Source of the DNA: Octopus vulgaris
Taxonomy: Eukaryota
NCBI GenBank assembly: GCA_951406725.2
Contig: OX597815.1
Location: 138,756,001 to 138,820,000, forward strand
Length of the DNA stretch: 64,000 bases
Reading direction: 5' to 3'
Positions 23,531-35,496 of this stretch are shown here, piece after piece; within the stretch, counting starts at the first letter, position 1, and every line of letters starts with the position of its first letter. Below the pieces are notes generated by a model, which was given only the letters and a program-made list of their open reading frames with translations, was not told the origin of the DNA and searched no databases. A program made the translations under genes and the position numbers.

Positions 23531-24949
23531 TCACTTACCTGTCCTTTGTTTTTCATAGTCACTTGAATGTTCTTTGCCAATATGAATAAATTCCATATCC
23601 ATTCTTACTCCGAAATACTCATTCATATTTTCCACGAATTCATCGCTCATTCTTATATCTTTCACCTCCCAATTTTCCTTTTCACACCTCCCCATAAACT
23701 CACCTATGTTCTTTTTTTCAATCACAGCATACCTAGTCTCTCCAACATCATACCGTTTATACTCTTCCATTAGACTTTTAACTTCCCTCTGTTCAGTCAT
23801 AGTACAAATGTACGGCCTGGGTTCGATTTCAATCTCTTGTGTGTGTGTATTCTTTTTTTTCTTTTGTTTTCTTGTTGGTGGGGAGCGGGTGGGTTCAATG
23901 TCTGCATGGATAGGGTGGGACTCAGAGGGTGTGGGAGGTTTTGGGGTAGATTGGAGTTCCATATTATTTTCTTTTTTTCCACATATTCTTCTCTTCCTCT
24001 TACTTCCAGCTTCCTTCCATGTCTGTGTATTCTCTTCCTCTGTTTCCTTCTCCTCTGGTTTCTGCTTCTCTCTCTCTGGTTCGGGATCCATTTCTTTCCC
24101 TGGGGGAGGGCAGAAGGCTCTTATGTGACCCCTCAGGCCACACTTGTAACAACGTGGAGCCCTGCCCTCCACCCACACTCTCATGATCACTTCTCCCAGT
24201 CTGATGCTTTCCGTCAGGTCCACCAGTACCTCGGTCTCTGCCTGTACGTTCAGCTCCACTGTTACTCCTCTCCAGCCCTCGGACTTAACCGAGGCATGGA
24301 GAATATCTACTTCGTCCTCGTGGCCGCTGATCACAGCCGCCACAATCCATTCTGCCTCCACGTTTGGTGGCACTCCCTCCACCCTTATTCGTGTAATCCT
24401 CCTGTTTAAATACGTAGGTAACAGTGTTACCTTTTCCGACTTCACCGCCTTCGCTGCCATCTTCCTCGCTGCAGATTCACTTTTAAAGTGCACAACTACG
24501 GTCCCGTACTTGGATCCTCGAGTCAGAAAATTTATTTCCTCCTCAGTTCTTCGCAGGGCTTCCTGTATCCATTCCATGGTTACAACTTCTACCCTCTTCC
24601 TTTCGTTTGCGAACACCCTGTAAACAATGGTCCTCTTATCATACCATTCTTTTCTCCTGGGTGTCGGTGATAGTTCCACCTCACCGCTTTCCTTTTTCAT
24701 GTATTTCTGGTAACTTGGCAACTTGGCCATGTCGACCCCTTTCTCTTCCGCCTTCTTGGTTACACCGGCATAGGTATAACCCAGCTTCTTTTCCAATTCC
24801 CTTGCTGCCATATCTAGCTCCTTCTCAGACATAGGCAAGTCTGATAAAGACTCAAAAACTCCAGCCTTTTCCTCCATCAGCTTCACTGCAATTGCCTGTT
24901 CCAGTTCCTCATCCGTCGTGGATAAGTCTGTTAGCGACTCATAGTCCAT
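23531..24949 (-). CDS. ORF1/Gag-like protein, unit 7 (472 aa)
   Basis: Intact ORF with CCHC knuckle. Confidence 0.88.
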   Translation of the reverse strand: MDYESLTDLSTTDEELEQAIAVKLMEEKAGVFESLSDLPMSEKELDMAARELEKKLGYTYAGVTKKAEEKGVDMAKLPSYQKYMKKESGEVELSPTPRRKEWYDKRTIVYRVFANERKRVEVVTMEWIQEALRRTEEEINFLTRGSKYGTVVVHFKSESAARKMAAKAVKSEKVTLLPTYLNRRITRIRVEGVPPNVEAEWIVAAVISGHEDEVDILHASVKSEGWRGVTVELNVQAETEVLVDLTESIRLGEVIMRVWVEGRAPRCYKCGLRGHIRAFCPPPGKEMDPEPEREKQKPEEKETEEENTQTWKEAGSKRKRRICGKKENNMELQSTPKPPTPSESHPIHADIEPTRSPPTRKQKKKKNTHTQEIEIEPRPYICTMTEQREVKSLMEEYKRYDVGETRYAVIEKKNIGEFMGRCEKENWEVKDIRMSDEFVENMNEYFGVRMDMEFIHIGKEHSSDYEKQRTGK

Positions 24950-25293
24950 TTCCTTCTGTCTGACAGACCGAAAACGGCCGCCAAAACAGAAAAAGTGTAA
25001 CGCGCTGAACGAGCGAAACGCGAAACCGCGTCAACGCCGTTCAGAATTTCCACAACAACAACAACCTTTTTTGTTCTTTTTTACCGAATTTTCAGGAGCC
25101 GAAAAAAAAACGACTGAGCAGAAAGCAGAAAGCAGTAAGGCTGATTTTTTATTACCCACTAAGGGGCTACGAAGAGTGCCGGACATAACAAAACATGGGG
25201 ACACAGAACATTATAATTAAATTTTATGAACATGAAGTGTTAAACGAAAAAATGATAAAATGAAAGCGACACCAACGGCCCCGTCCGTCAGCA

Positions 25294-26712
25294 TCACTTA
25301 CCTGTCCTTTGTTTTTCATAGTCACTTGAATGTTCTTTGCCAATATGAATAAATTCCATATCCATTCTTACTCCGAAATACTCATTCATATTTTCCACGA
25401 ATTCATCGCTCATTCTTATATCTTTCACCTCCCAATTTTCCTTTTCACACCTCCCCATAAACTCACCTATGTTCTTTTTTTCAATCACAGCATACCTAGT
25501 CTCTCCAACATCATACCGTTTATACTCTTCCATTAGACTTTTAACTTCCCTCTGTTCAGTCATAGTACAAATGTACGGCCTGGGTTCGATTTCAATCTCT
25601 TGTGTGTGTGTATTCTTTTTTTTCTTTTGTTTTCTTGTTGGTGGGGAGCGGGTGGGTTCAATGTCTGCATGGATAGGGTGGGACTCAGAGGGTGTGGGAG
25701 GTTTTGGGGTAGATTGGAGTTCCATATTATTTTCTTTTTTTCCACATATTCTTCTCTTCCTCTTACTTCCAGCTTCCTTCCATGTCTGTGTATTCTCTTC
25801 CTCTGTTTCCTTCTCCTCTGGTTTCTGCTTCTCTCTCTCTGGTTCGGGATCCATTTCTTTCCCTGGGGGAGGGCAGAAGGCTCTTATGTGACCCCTCAGG
25901 CCACACTTGTAACAACGTGGAGCCCTGCCCTCCACCCACACTCTCATGATCACTTCTCCCAGTCTGATGCTTTCCGTCAGGTCCACCAGTACCTCGGTCT
26001 CTGCCTGTACGTTCAGCTCCACTGTTACCTTCTCCTCCCCCTCGGACTTAACCGAGGCATGGAGAATATCTACTTCGTCCTCGTGGCCGCTGATCACAGC
26101 CGCCACAATCCATTCTGCCTCCACGTTTGGTGGCACTCCCTCCACCCTTATTCGTGTAATCCTCCTGTTTAAATACGTAGGTAACAGTGTTACCTTTTCC
26201 GACTTCACCGCCTTCGCTGCCATCTTCCTCGCTGCAGATTCACTTTTAAAGTGCACAACTACGGTCCCGTACTTGGATCCTCGAGTCAGAAAATTTATTT
26301 CCTCCTCAGTTCTTCGCAGGGCTTCCTGTATCCATTCCATGGTTACAACTTCTACCCTCTTCCTTTCGTTTGCGAACACCCTGTAAACAATGGTCCTCTT
26401 ATCATACCATTCTTTTCTCCTGGGTGTCGGTGATAGTTCCACCTCACCGCTTTCCTTTTTCATGTATTTCTGGTAACTTGGCAACTTGGCCATGTCGACC
26501 CCTTTCTCTTCCGCCTTCTTGGTTACACCGGCATAGGTATAACCCAGCTTCTTTTCCAATTCCCTTGCTGCCATATCTAGCTCCTTCTCAGACATAGGCA
26601 AGTCTGATAAAGACTCAAAAACTCCAGCCTTTTCCTCCATCAGCTTCACTGCAATTGCCTGTTCCAGTTCCTCATCCGTCGTGGATAAGTCTGTTAGCGA
26701 CTCATAGTCCAT
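25294..26712 (-). CDS. ORF1/Gag-like protein, unit 8 (472 aa)
   Basis: Intact ORF; local variant GEEKV. Confidence 0.88.
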   Translation of the reverse strand: MDYESLTDLSTTDEELEQAIAVKLMEEKAGVFESLSDLPMSEKELDMAARELEKKLGYTYAGVTKKAEEKGVDMAKLPSYQKYMKKESGEVELSPTPRRKEWYDKRTIVYRVFANERKRVEVVTMEWIQEALRRTEEEINFLTRGSKYGTVVVHFKSESAARKMAAKAVKSEKVTLLPTYLNRRITRIRVEGVPPNVEAEWIVAAVISGHEDEVDILHASVKSEGEEKVTVELNVQAETEVLVDLTESIRLGEVIMRVWVEGRAPRCYKCGLRGHIRAFCPPPGKEMDPEPEREKQKPEEKETEEENTQTWKEAGSKRKRRICGKKENNMELQSTPKPPTPSESHPIHADIEPTRSPPTRKQKKKKNTHTQEIEIEPRPYICTMTEQREVKSLMEEYKRYDVGETRYAVIEKKNIGEFMGRCEKENWEVKDIRMSDEFVENMNEYFGVRMDMEFIHIGKEHSSDYEKQRTGK

Positions 26713-27053
26713 TTCCTTCTGTCTGACAGACCGAAAACGGCCGCCAAAACAGAAAAAGTGTAACGCGCTGAACGAGCGAAACGCGAAACCGCGTCAACGC
26801 CGTTCAGAATTTCCACAACAACAACAACCTTTTTTGTTCTTTTTTACCGAATTTTCAGGAGCCGAAAAAAAAACGACTGAGCGAAAAGAAAGCAGTAAGG
26901 CTGATTTTTTATTACCCACTAAGGGGCTACGAAGAGTGCCGGACATAACAAAACATGGGGACACAGAACATTATAATTAAATTTTATGAACATGAAGTGT
27001 TAAACGAAAAAATGATAAAATGAAAGCGACACCAACGGCCCCGTCCGTCAGCA

Positions 27054-28472
27054 TCACTTACCTGTCCTTTGTTTTTCATAGTCACTTGAATGTTCTTTGC
27101 CAATATGAATAAATTCCATATCCATTCTTACTCCGAAATACTCATTCATATTTTCCACGAATTCATCGCTCATTCTTATATCTTTCACCTCCCAATTTTC
27201 CTTTTCACACCTCCCCATAAACTCACCTATGTTCTTTTTTTCAATCACAGCATACCTAGTCTCTCCAACATCATACCGTTTATACTCTTCCATTAGACTT
27301 TTAACTTCCCTCTGTTCAGTCATAGTACAAATGTACGGCCTGGGTTCGATTTCAATCTCTTGTGTGTGTGTATTCTTTTTTTTTTTTTGTTTTCTTGTTG
27401 GTGGGGAGCGGGTGGGTTCAATGTCTGCATGGATAGGGTGGGACTCAGAGGGTGTGGGAGGTTTTGGGGTAGATTGGAGTTCCATATTATTTTCTTTTTT
27501 TCCACATATTCTTCTCTTCCTCTTACTTCCAGCTTCCTTCCATGTCTGTGTATTCTCTTCCTCTGTTTCCTTCTCCTCTGGTTTCTGCTTCTCTCTCTCT
27601 GGTTCGGGATCCATTTCTTTCCCTGGGGGAGGGCAGAAGGCTCTTATGTGACCCCTCAGGCCACACTTGTAACAACGTGGAGCCCTGCCCTCCACCCACA
27701 CTCTCATGATCACTTCTCCCAGTCTGATGCTTTCCGTCAGGTCCACCAGTACCTCGGTCTCTGCCTGTACGTTCAGCTCCACTGTTACTCCTCTCCAGCC
27801 CTCGGACTTAACCGAGGCATGGAGAATATCTACTTCGTCCTCGTGGCCGCTGATCACAGCCGCCACAATCCATTCTGCCTCCACGTTTGGTGGCACTCCC
27901 TCCACCCTTATTCGTGTAATCCTCCTGTTTAAATACGTAGGTAACAGTGTTACCTTTTCCGACTTCACCGCCTTCGCTGCCATCTTCCTCGCTGCAGATT
28001 CACTTTTAAAGTGCACAACTACGGTCCCGTACTTGGATCCTCGAGTCAGAAAATTTATTTCCTCCTCAGTTCTTCGCAGGGCTTCCTGTATCCATTCCAT
28101 GGTTACAACTTCTACCCTCTTCCTTTCGTTTGCGAACACCCTGTAAACAATGGTCCTCTTATCATACCATTCTTTTCTCCTGGGTGTCGGTGATAGTTCC
28201 ACCTCACCGCTTTCCTTTTTCATGTATTTCTGGTAACTTGGCAACTTGGCCATGTCGACCCCTTTCTCTTCCGCCTTCTTGGTTACACCGGCATAGGTAT
28301 AACCCAGCTTCTTTTCCAATTCCCTTGCTGCCATATCTAGCTCCTTCTCAGACATAGGCAAGTCTGATAAAGACTCAAAAACTCCAGCCTTTTCCTCCAT
28401 CAGCTTCACTGCAATTGCCTGTTCCAGTTCCTCATCCGTCGTGGATAAGTCTGTTAGCGACTCATAGTCCAT
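27054..28472 (-). CDS. ORF1/Gag-like protein, unit 9 (472 aa)
   Basis: Intact ORF with CCHC knuckle. Confidence 0.88.
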   Translation of the reverse strand: MDYESLTDLSTTDEELEQAIAVKLMEEKAGVFESLSDLPMSEKELDMAARELEKKLGYTYAGVTKKAEEKGVDMAKLPSYQKYMKKESGEVELSPTPRRKEWYDKRTIVYRVFANERKRVEVVTMEWIQEALRRTEEEINFLTRGSKYGTVVVHFKSESAARKMAAKAVKSEKVTLLPTYLNRRITRIRVEGVPPNVEAEWIVAAVISGHEDEVDILHASVKSEGWRGVTVELNVQAETEVLVDLTESIRLGEVIMRVWVEGRAPRCYKCGLRGHIRAFCPPPGKEMDPEPEREKQKPEEKETEEENTQTWKEAGSKRKRRICGKKENNMELQSTPKPPTPSESHPIHADIEPTRSPPTRKQKKKKNTHTQEIEIEPRPYICTMTEQREVKSLMEEYKRYDVGETRYAVIEKKNIGEFMGRCEKENWEVKDIRMSDEFVENMNEYFGVRMDMEFIHIGKEHSSDYEKQRTGK

Positions 28473-28816
28473 TTCCTTCTGTCTGACAGACCGAAAACGG
28501 CCGCCAAAACAGAAAAAGTGTAACGCGCTGAACGAGCGAAACGCGAAACCGCGTCAACGCCGTTCAGAATTTCCACAACAACAACAACAACTTTTTTGTT
28601 CTTTTTTACCGAATTTTCAGGAGCCGAAAAAAAACGACGAGCAGAAAGCAGAAAGCAGTAAGGCTGATTTTTTATTACCCACTAAGGGGCTACGAAGAGT
28701 GCCGGACATAACAAAACATGGGGACACAGAACATTATAATTAAATTTTATGAACATGAAGTGTTAAACGAAAAAATGATAAAATGAAAGCGACACCAACG
28801 GCCCCGTCCGTCAGCA

Positions 28817-30235
28817 TCACTTACCTGTCCTTTGTTTTTCATAGTCACTTGAATGTTCTTTGCCAATATGAATAAATTCCATATCCATTCTTACTCCGAA
28901 ATACTCATTCATATTTTCCACGAATTCATCGCTCATTCTTATATCTTTCACCTCCCAATTTTCCTTTTCACACCTCCCCATAAACTCACCTATGTTCTTT
29001 TTTTCAATCACAGCATACCTAGTCTCTCCAACATCATACCGTTTATACTCTTCCATTAGACTTTTAACTTCCCTCTGTTCAGTCATAGTACAAATGTACG
29101 GCCTGGGTTCGATTTCAATCTCTTGTGTGTGTGTATTCTTTTTTTTCTTTTGTTTTCTTGTTGGTGGGGAGCGGGTGGGTTCAATGTCTGCATGGATAGG
29201 GTGGGACTCAGAGGGTGTGGGAGGTTTTGGGGTAGATTGGAGTTCCATATTATTTTCTTTTTTTCCACATATTCTTCTCTTCCTCTTACTTCCAGCTTCC
29301 TTCCATGTCTGTGTATTCTCTTCCTCTGTTTCCTTCTCCTCTGGTTTCTGCTTCTCTCTCTCTGGTTCGGGATCCATTTCTTTCCCTGGGGGAGGGCAGA
29401 AGGCTCTTATGTGACCCCTCAGGCCACACTTGTAACAACGTGGAGCCCTGCCCTCCACCCACACTCTCATGATCACTTCTCCCAGTCTGATGCTTTCCGT
29501 CAGGTCCACCAGTACCTCGGTCTCTGCCTGTACGTTCAGCTCCACTGTTACTCCTCTCCAGCCCTCGGACTTAACCGAGGCATGGAGAATATCTACTTCG
29601 TCCTCGTGGCCGCTGATCACAGCCGCCACAATCCATTCTGCCTCCACGTTTGGTGGCACTCCCTCCACCCTTATTCGTGTAATCCTCCTGTTTAAATACG
29701 TAGGTAACAGTGTTACCTTTTCCGACTTCACCGCCTTCGCTGCCATCTTCCTCGCTGCAGATTCACTTTTAAAGTGCACAACTACGGTCCCGTACTTGGA
29801 TCCTCGAGTCAGAAAATTTATTTCCTCCTCAGTTCTTCGCAGGGCTTCCTGTATCCATTCCATGGTTACAACTTCTACCCTCTTCCTTTCGTTTGCGAAC
29901 ACCCTGTAAACAATGGTCCTCTTATCATACCATTCTTTTCTCCTGGGTGTCGGTGATAGTTCCACCTCACCGCTTTCCTTTTTCATGTATTTCTGGTAAC
30001 TTGGCAACTTGGCCATGTCGACCCCTTTCTCTTCCGCCTTCTTGGTTACACCGGCATAGGTATAACCCAGCTTCTTTTCCAATTCCCTTGCTGCCATATC
30101 TAGCTCCTTCTCAGACATAGGCAAGTCTGATAAAGACTCAAAAACTCCAGCCTTTTCCTCCATCAGCTTCACTGCAATTGCCTGTTCCAGTTCCTCATCC
30201 GTCGTGGATAAGTCTGTTAGCGACTCATAGTCCAT
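28817..30235 (-). CDS. ORF1/Gag-like protein, unit 10 (472 aa)
   Basis: Intact ORF with CCHC knuckle. Confidence 0.88.
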   Translation of the reverse strand: MDYESLTDLSTTDEELEQAIAVKLMEEKAGVFESLSDLPMSEKELDMAARELEKKLGYTYAGVTKKAEEKGVDMAKLPSYQKYMKKESGEVELSPTPRRKEWYDKRTIVYRVFANERKRVEVVTMEWIQEALRRTEEEINFLTRGSKYGTVVVHFKSESAARKMAAKAVKSEKVTLLPTYLNRRITRIRVEGVPPNVEAEWIVAAVISGHEDEVDILHASVKSEGWRGVTVELNVQAETEVLVDLTESIRLGEVIMRVWVEGRAPRCYKCGLRGHIRAFCPPPGKEMDPEPEREKQKPEEKETEEENTQTWKEAGSKRKRRICGKKENNMELQSTPKPPTPSESHPIHADIEPTRSPPTRKQKKKKNTHTQEIEIEPRPYICTMTEQREVKSLMEEYKRYDVGETRYAVIEKKNIGEFMGRCEKENWEVKDIRMSDEFVENMNEYFGVRMDMEFIHIGKEHSSDYEKQRTGK

Positions 30236-30548
30236 TTCCTTCTGTCTGACAGACCGAAAACGGCCGCCAAAACAGAAAAAGTGTAACGCGCTGAACGAGC
30301 GAAACGCGAAACCGCGTCAACGCCGTTCAGAATTTCCACAACAACAACAACGCTTTTTGTTCTTTTTTACCGAATTTTACAGAGCGCAAAAAAACGCGTT
30401 TTTTTATTACCCACTAAGGGGCTACGAAGAGTGCCGGACATAACAAAACATGGGGACACAGAACATTATAATTAAATTTTATGAACATGAAGTGTTAAAC
30501 GAAAAAATGATAAAATGAAAGCGACACCAACGGCCCCGTCCGTCAGCA

Positions 30549-31967
30549 TCACTTACCTGTCCTTTGTTTTTCATAGTCACTTGAATGTTCTTTGCCAATA
30601 TGAATAAATTCCATATCCATTCTTACTCCGAAATACTCATTCATATTTTCCACGAATTCATCGCTCATTCTTATATCTTTCACCTCCCAATTTTCCTTTT
30701 CACACCTCCCCATAAACTCACCTATGTTCTTTTTTTCAATCACAGCATACCTAGTCTCTCCAACATCATACCGTTTATACTCTTCCATTAGACTTTTAAC
30801 TTCCCTCTGTTCAGTCATAGTACAAATGTACGGCCTGGGTTCGATTTCAATCTCTTGTGTGTGTGTATTCTTTTTTTTTTTTTGTTTTCTTGTTGGTGGG
30901 GAGCGGGTGGGTTCAATGTCTGCATGGATAGGGTGGGACTCAGAGGGTGTGGGAGGTTTTGGGGTAGATTGGAGTTCCATATTATTTTCTTTTTTTCCAC
31001 ATATTCTTCTCTTCCTCTTACTTCCAGCTTCCTTCCATGTCTGTGTATTCTCTTCCTCTGTTTCCTTCTCCTCTGGTTTCTGCTTCTCTCTCTCTGGTTC
31101 GGGATCCATTTCTTTCCCTGGGGGAGGGCAGAAGGCTCTTATGTGACCCCTCAGGCCACACTTGTAACAACGTGGAGCCCTGCCCTCCACCCACACTCTC
31201 ATGATCACTTCTCCCAGTCTGATGCTTTCCGTCAGGTCCACCAGTACCTCGGTCTCTGCCTGTACGTTCAGCTCCACTGTTACTCCTCTCCAGCCCTCGG
31301 ACTTAACCGAGGCATGGAGAATATCTACTTCGTCCTCGTGGCCGCTGATCACAGCCGCCACAATCCATTCTGCCTCCACGTTTGGTGGCACTCCCTCCAC
31401 CCTTATTCGTGTAATCCTCCTGTTTAAATACGTAGGTAACAGTGTTACCTTTTCCGACTTCACCGCCTTCGCTGCCATCTTCCTCGCTGCAGATTCACTT
31501 TTAAAGTGCACAACTACGGTCCCGTACTTGGATCCTCGAGTCAGAAAATTTATTTCCTCCTCAGTTCTTCGCAGGGCTTCCTGTATCCATTCCATGGTTA
31601 CAACTTCTACCCTCTTCCTTTCGTTTGCGAACACCCTGTAAACAATGGTCCTCTTATCATACCATTCTTTTCTCCTGGGTGTCGGTGATAGTTCCACCTC
31701 ACCGCTTTCCTTTTTCATGTATTTCTGGTAACTTGGCAACTTGGCCATGTCGACCCCTTTCTCTTCCGCCTTCTTGGTTACACCGGCATAGGTATAACCC
31801 AGCTTCTTTTCCAATTCCCTTGCTGCCATATCTAGCTCCTTCTCAGACGTAGGCAAGTCTGATAAAGACTCGAAAACTCCAGCCTTTTCCTCCATCAGCT
31901 TCACTGCAATTGCCTGTTCCAGTTCCTCATCCGTCGTGGATAAGTCTGTTAGCGACTCATAGTCCAT
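30549..31967 (-). CDS. ORF1/Gag-like protein, unit 11 (472 aa)
   Basis: Intact ORF; M40T variant. Confidence 0.88.
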   Translation of the reverse strand: MDYESLTDLSTTDEELEQAIAVKLMEEKAGVFESLSDLPTSEKELDMAARELEKKLGYTYAGVTKKAEEKGVDMAKLPSYQKYMKKESGEVELSPTPRRKEWYDKRTIVYRVFANERKRVEVVTMEWIQEALRRTEEEINFLTRGSKYGTVVVHFKSESAARKMAAKAVKSEKVTLLPTYLNRRITRIRVEGVPPNVEAEWIVAAVISGHEDEVDILHASVKSEGWRGVTVELNVQAETEVLVDLTESIRLGEVIMRVWVEGRAPRCYKCGLRGHIRAFCPPPGKEMDPEPEREKQKPEEKETEEENTQTWKEAGSKRKRRICGKKENNMELQSTPKPPTPSESHPIHADIEPTRSPPTRKQKKKKNTHTQEIEIEPRPYICTMTEQREVKSLMEEYKRYDVGETRYAVIEKKNIGEFMGRCEKENWEVKDIRMSDEFVENMNEYFGVRMDMEFIHIGKEHSSDYEKQRTGK

Positions 31968-32311
31968 TTCCTTCTGTCTGACAGACCGAAAACGGCCGCC
32001 AAAACAGAAAAAGTGTAACGCGCTGAACGAGCGAAACGCGAAACCGCGTCAACGCCGTTCAGAATTTCCACAACAACAACAACCTTTTTTGTTCTTTTTT
32101 ACCGAATTTTCAGGAGCCGAAAAAAAAACGACTGAGCAGAAAGCAGAAAGCAGTAAGGCTGATTTTTTATTACCCACTAAGGGGCTACGAAGAGTGCCGG
32201 ACATAACAAAACATGGGGACACAGAACATTATAATTAAATTTTATGAACATGAAGTGTTAAACGAAAAAATGATAAAATGAAAGCGACACCAACGGCCCC
32301 GTCCGTCAGCA

Positions 32312-33730
32312 TCACTTACCTGTCCTTTGTTTTTCATAGTCACTTGAATGTTCTTTGCCAATATGAATAAATTCCATATCCATTCTTACTCCGAAATACT
32401 CATTCATATTTTCCACGAATTCATCGCTCATTCTTATATCTTTCACCTCCCAATTTTCCTTTTCACACCTCCCCATAAACTCACCTATGTTCTTTTTTTC
32501 AATCACAGCATACCTAGTCTCTCCAACATCATACCGTTTATACTCTTCCATTAGACTTTTAACTTCCCTCTGTTCAGTCATAGTACAAATGTACGGCCTG
32601 GGTTCGATTTCAATCTCTTGTGTGTGTGTATTCTTTTTTTTTTTTTGTTTTCTTGTTGGTGGGGAGCGGGTGGGTTCAATGTCTGCATGGATAGGGTGGG
32701 ACTCAGAGGGTGTGGGAGGTTTTGGGGTAGATTGGAGTTCCATATTATTTTCTTTTTTTCCACATATTCTTCTCTTCCTCTTACTTCCAGCTTCCTTCCA
32801 TGTCTGTGTATTCTCTTCCTCTGTTTCCTTCTCCTCTGGTTTCTGCTTCTCTCTCTCTGGTTCGGGATCCATTTCTTTCCCTGGGGGAGGGCAGAAGGCT
32901 CTTATGTGACCCCTCAGGCCACACTTGTAACAACGTGGAGCCCTGCCCTCCACCCACACTCTCATGATCACTTCTCCCAGTCTGATGCTTTCCGTCAGGT
33001 CCACCAGTACCTCGGTCTCTGCCTGTACGTTCAGCTCCACTGTTACTCCTCTCCAGCCCTCGGACTTAACCGAGGCATGGAGAATATCTACTTCGTCCTC
33101 GTGGCCGCTGATCACAGCCGCCACAATCCATTCTGCCTCCACGTTTGGTGGCACTCCCTCCACCCTTATTCGTGTAATCCTCCTGTTTAAATACGTAGGT
33201 AACAGTGTTACCTTTTCCGACTTCACCGCCTTCGCTGCCATCTTCCTCGCTGCAGATTCACTTTTAAAGTGCACAACTACGGTCCCGTACTTGGATCCTC
33301 GAGTCAGAAAATTTATTTCCTCCTCAGTTCTTCGCAGGGCTTCCTGTATCCATTCCATGGTTACAACTTCTACCCTCTTCCTTTCGTTTGCGAACACCCT
33401 GTAAACAATGGTCCTCTTATCATACCATTCTTTTCTCCTGGGTGTCGGTGATAGTTCCACCTCACCGCTTTCCTTTTTCATGTATTTCTGGTAACTTGGC
33501 AACTTGGCCATGTCGACCCCTTTCTCTTCCGCCTTCTTGGTTACACCGGCATAGGTATAACCCAGCTTCTTTTCCAATTCCCTTGCTGCCATATCTAGCT
33601 CCTTCTCAGACATAGGCAAGTCTGATAAAGACTCAAAAACTCCAGCCTTTTCCTCCATCAGCTTCACTGCAATTGCCTGTTCCAGTTCCTCATCCGTCGT
33701 GGATAAGTCTGTTAGCGACTCATAGTCCAT
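32312..33730 (-). CDS. ORF1/Gag-like protein, unit 12 (472 aa)
   Basis: Intact ORF with CCHC knuckle. Confidence 0.88.
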   Translation of the reverse strand: MDYESLTDLSTTDEELEQAIAVKLMEEKAGVFESLSDLPMSEKELDMAARELEKKLGYTYAGVTKKAEEKGVDMAKLPSYQKYMKKESGEVELSPTPRRKEWYDKRTIVYRVFANERKRVEVVTMEWIQEALRRTEEEINFLTRGSKYGTVVVHFKSESAARKMAAKAVKSEKVTLLPTYLNRRITRIRVEGVPPNVEAEWIVAAVISGHEDEVDILHASVKSEGWRGVTVELNVQAETEVLVDLTESIRLGEVIMRVWVEGRAPRCYKCGLRGHIRAFCPPPGKEMDPEPEREKQKPEEKETEEENTQTWKEAGSKRKRRICGKKENNMELQSTPKPPTPSESHPIHADIEPTRSPPTRKQKKKKNTHTQEIEIEPRPYICTMTEQREVKSLMEEYKRYDVGETRYAVIEKKNIGEFMGRCEKENWEVKDIRMSDEFVENMNEYFGVRMDMEFIHIGKEHSSDYEKQRTGK

Positions 33731-34074
33731 TTCCTTCTGTCTGACAGACCGAAAACGGCCGCCAAAACAGAAAAAGTGTAACGCGCTGAACGAGCGAAAC
33801 GCGAAACCGCGTCAACGCCGTTCAGAATTTCCACAACAACAACAACCTTTTTTGTTCTTTTTTACCGAATTTTCAGGAGCCGAAAAAAAAACGACTGAGC
33901 AGAAAGCAGAAAGCAGTAAGGCTGATTTTTTATTACCCACTAAGGGGCTACGAAGAGTGCCGGACATAACAAAACATGGGGACACAGAACATTATAATTA
34001 AATTTTATGAACATGAAGTGTTAAACGAAAAAATGATAAAATGAAAGCGACACCAACGGCCCCGTCCGTCAGCA

Positions 34075-35496
34075 TCACTTACCTGTCCTTTGTTTTTCAT
34101 AGTCACTTGAATGTTCTTTGCCAATATGAATAAATTCCATATCCATTCTTACTCCGAAATACTCATTCATATTTTCCACGAATTCATCGCTCATTCTTAT
34201 ATCTTTCACCTCCTCCCAATTTTCCTTTTCACACCTCCCCATAAACTCACCTATGTTCTTTTTTTCAATCACAGCATACCTAGTCTCTCCAACATCATAC
34301 CGTTTATACTCTTCCATTAGACTTTTAACTTCCCTCTGTTCAGTCATAGTACAAATGTACGGCCTGGGTTCGATTTCAATCTCTTGTGTGTGTGTATTCT
34401 TTTTTTTCTTTTGTTTTCTTGTTGGTGGGGAGCGGGTGGGTTCAATGTCTGCATGGATAGGGTGGGACTCAGAGGGTGTGGGAGGTTTTGGGGTAGATTG
34501 GAGTTCCATATTATTTTCTTTTTTTCCACATATTCTTCTCTTCCTCTTACTTCCAGCTTCCTTCCATGTCTGTGTATTCTCTTCCTCTGTTTCCTTCTCC
34601 TCTGGTTTCTGCTTCTCTCTCTCTGGTTCGGGATCCATTTCTTTCCCTGGGGGAGGGCAGAAGGCTCTTATGTGACCCCTCAGGCCACACTTGTAACAAC
34701 GTGGAGCCCTGCCCTCCACCCACACTCTCATGATCACTTCTCCCAGTCTGATGCTTTCCGTCAGGTCCACCAGTACCTCGGTCTCTGCCTGTACGTTCAG
34801 CTCCACTGTTACTCCTCTCCAGCCCTCGGACTTAACCGAGGCATGGAGAATATCTACTTCGTCCTCGTGGCCGCTGATCACAGCCGCCACAATCCATTCT
34901 GCCTCCACGTTTGGTGGCACTCCCTCCACCCTTATTCGTGTAATCCTCCTGTTTAAATACGTAGGTAACAGTGTTACCTTTTCCGACTTCACCGCCTTCG
35001 CTGCCATCTTCCTCGCTGCAGATTCACTTTTAAAGTGCACAACTACGGTCCCGTACTTGGATCCTCGAGTCAGAAAATTTATTTCCTCCTCAGTTCTTCG
35101 CAGGGCTTCCTGTATCCATTCCATGGTTACAACTTCTACCCTCTTCCTTTCGTTTGCGAACACCCTGTAAACAATGGTCCTCTTATCATACCATTCTTTT
35201 CTCCTGGGTGTCGGTGATAGTTCCACCTCACCGCTTTCCTTTTTCATGTATTTCTGGTAACTTGGCAACTTGGCCATGTCGACCCCTTTCTCTTCCGCCT
35301 TCTTGGTTACACCGGCATAGGTATAACCCAGCTTCTTTTCCAATTCCCTTGCTGCCATATCTAGCTCCTTCTCAGACATAGGCAAGTCTGATAAAGACTC
35401 AAAAACTCCAGCCTTTTCCTCCATCAGCTTCACTGCAATTGCCTGTTCCAGTTCCTCATCCGTCGTGGATAAGTCTGTTAGCGACTCATAGTCCAT
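34075..35496 (-). CDS. ORF1/Gag-like protein, unit 13 (473 aa)
   Basis: Intact ORF with a one-codon insertion. Confidence 0.88.
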   Translation of the reverse strand: MDYESLTDLSTTDEELEQAIAVKLMEEKAGVFESLSDLPMSEKELDMAARELEKKLGYTYAGVTKKAEEKGVDMAKLPSYQKYMKKESGEVELSPTPRRKEWYDKRTIVYRVFANERKRVEVVTMEWIQEALRRTEEEINFLTRGSKYGTVVVHFKSESAARKMAAKAVKSEKVTLLPTYLNRRITRIRVEGVPPNVEAEWIVAAVISGHEDEVDILHASVKSEGWRGVTVELNVQAETEVLVDLTESIRLGEVIMRVWVEGRAPRCYKCGLRGHIRAFCPPPGKEMDPEPEREKQKPEEKETEEENTQTWKEAGSKRKRRICGKKENNMELQSTPKPPTPSESHPIHADIEPTRSPPTRKQKKKKNTHTQEIEIEPRPYICTMTEQREVKSLMEEYKRYDVGETRYAVIEKKNIGEFMGRCEKENWEEVKDIRMSDEFVENMNEYFGVRMDMEFIHIGKEHSSDYEKQRTGK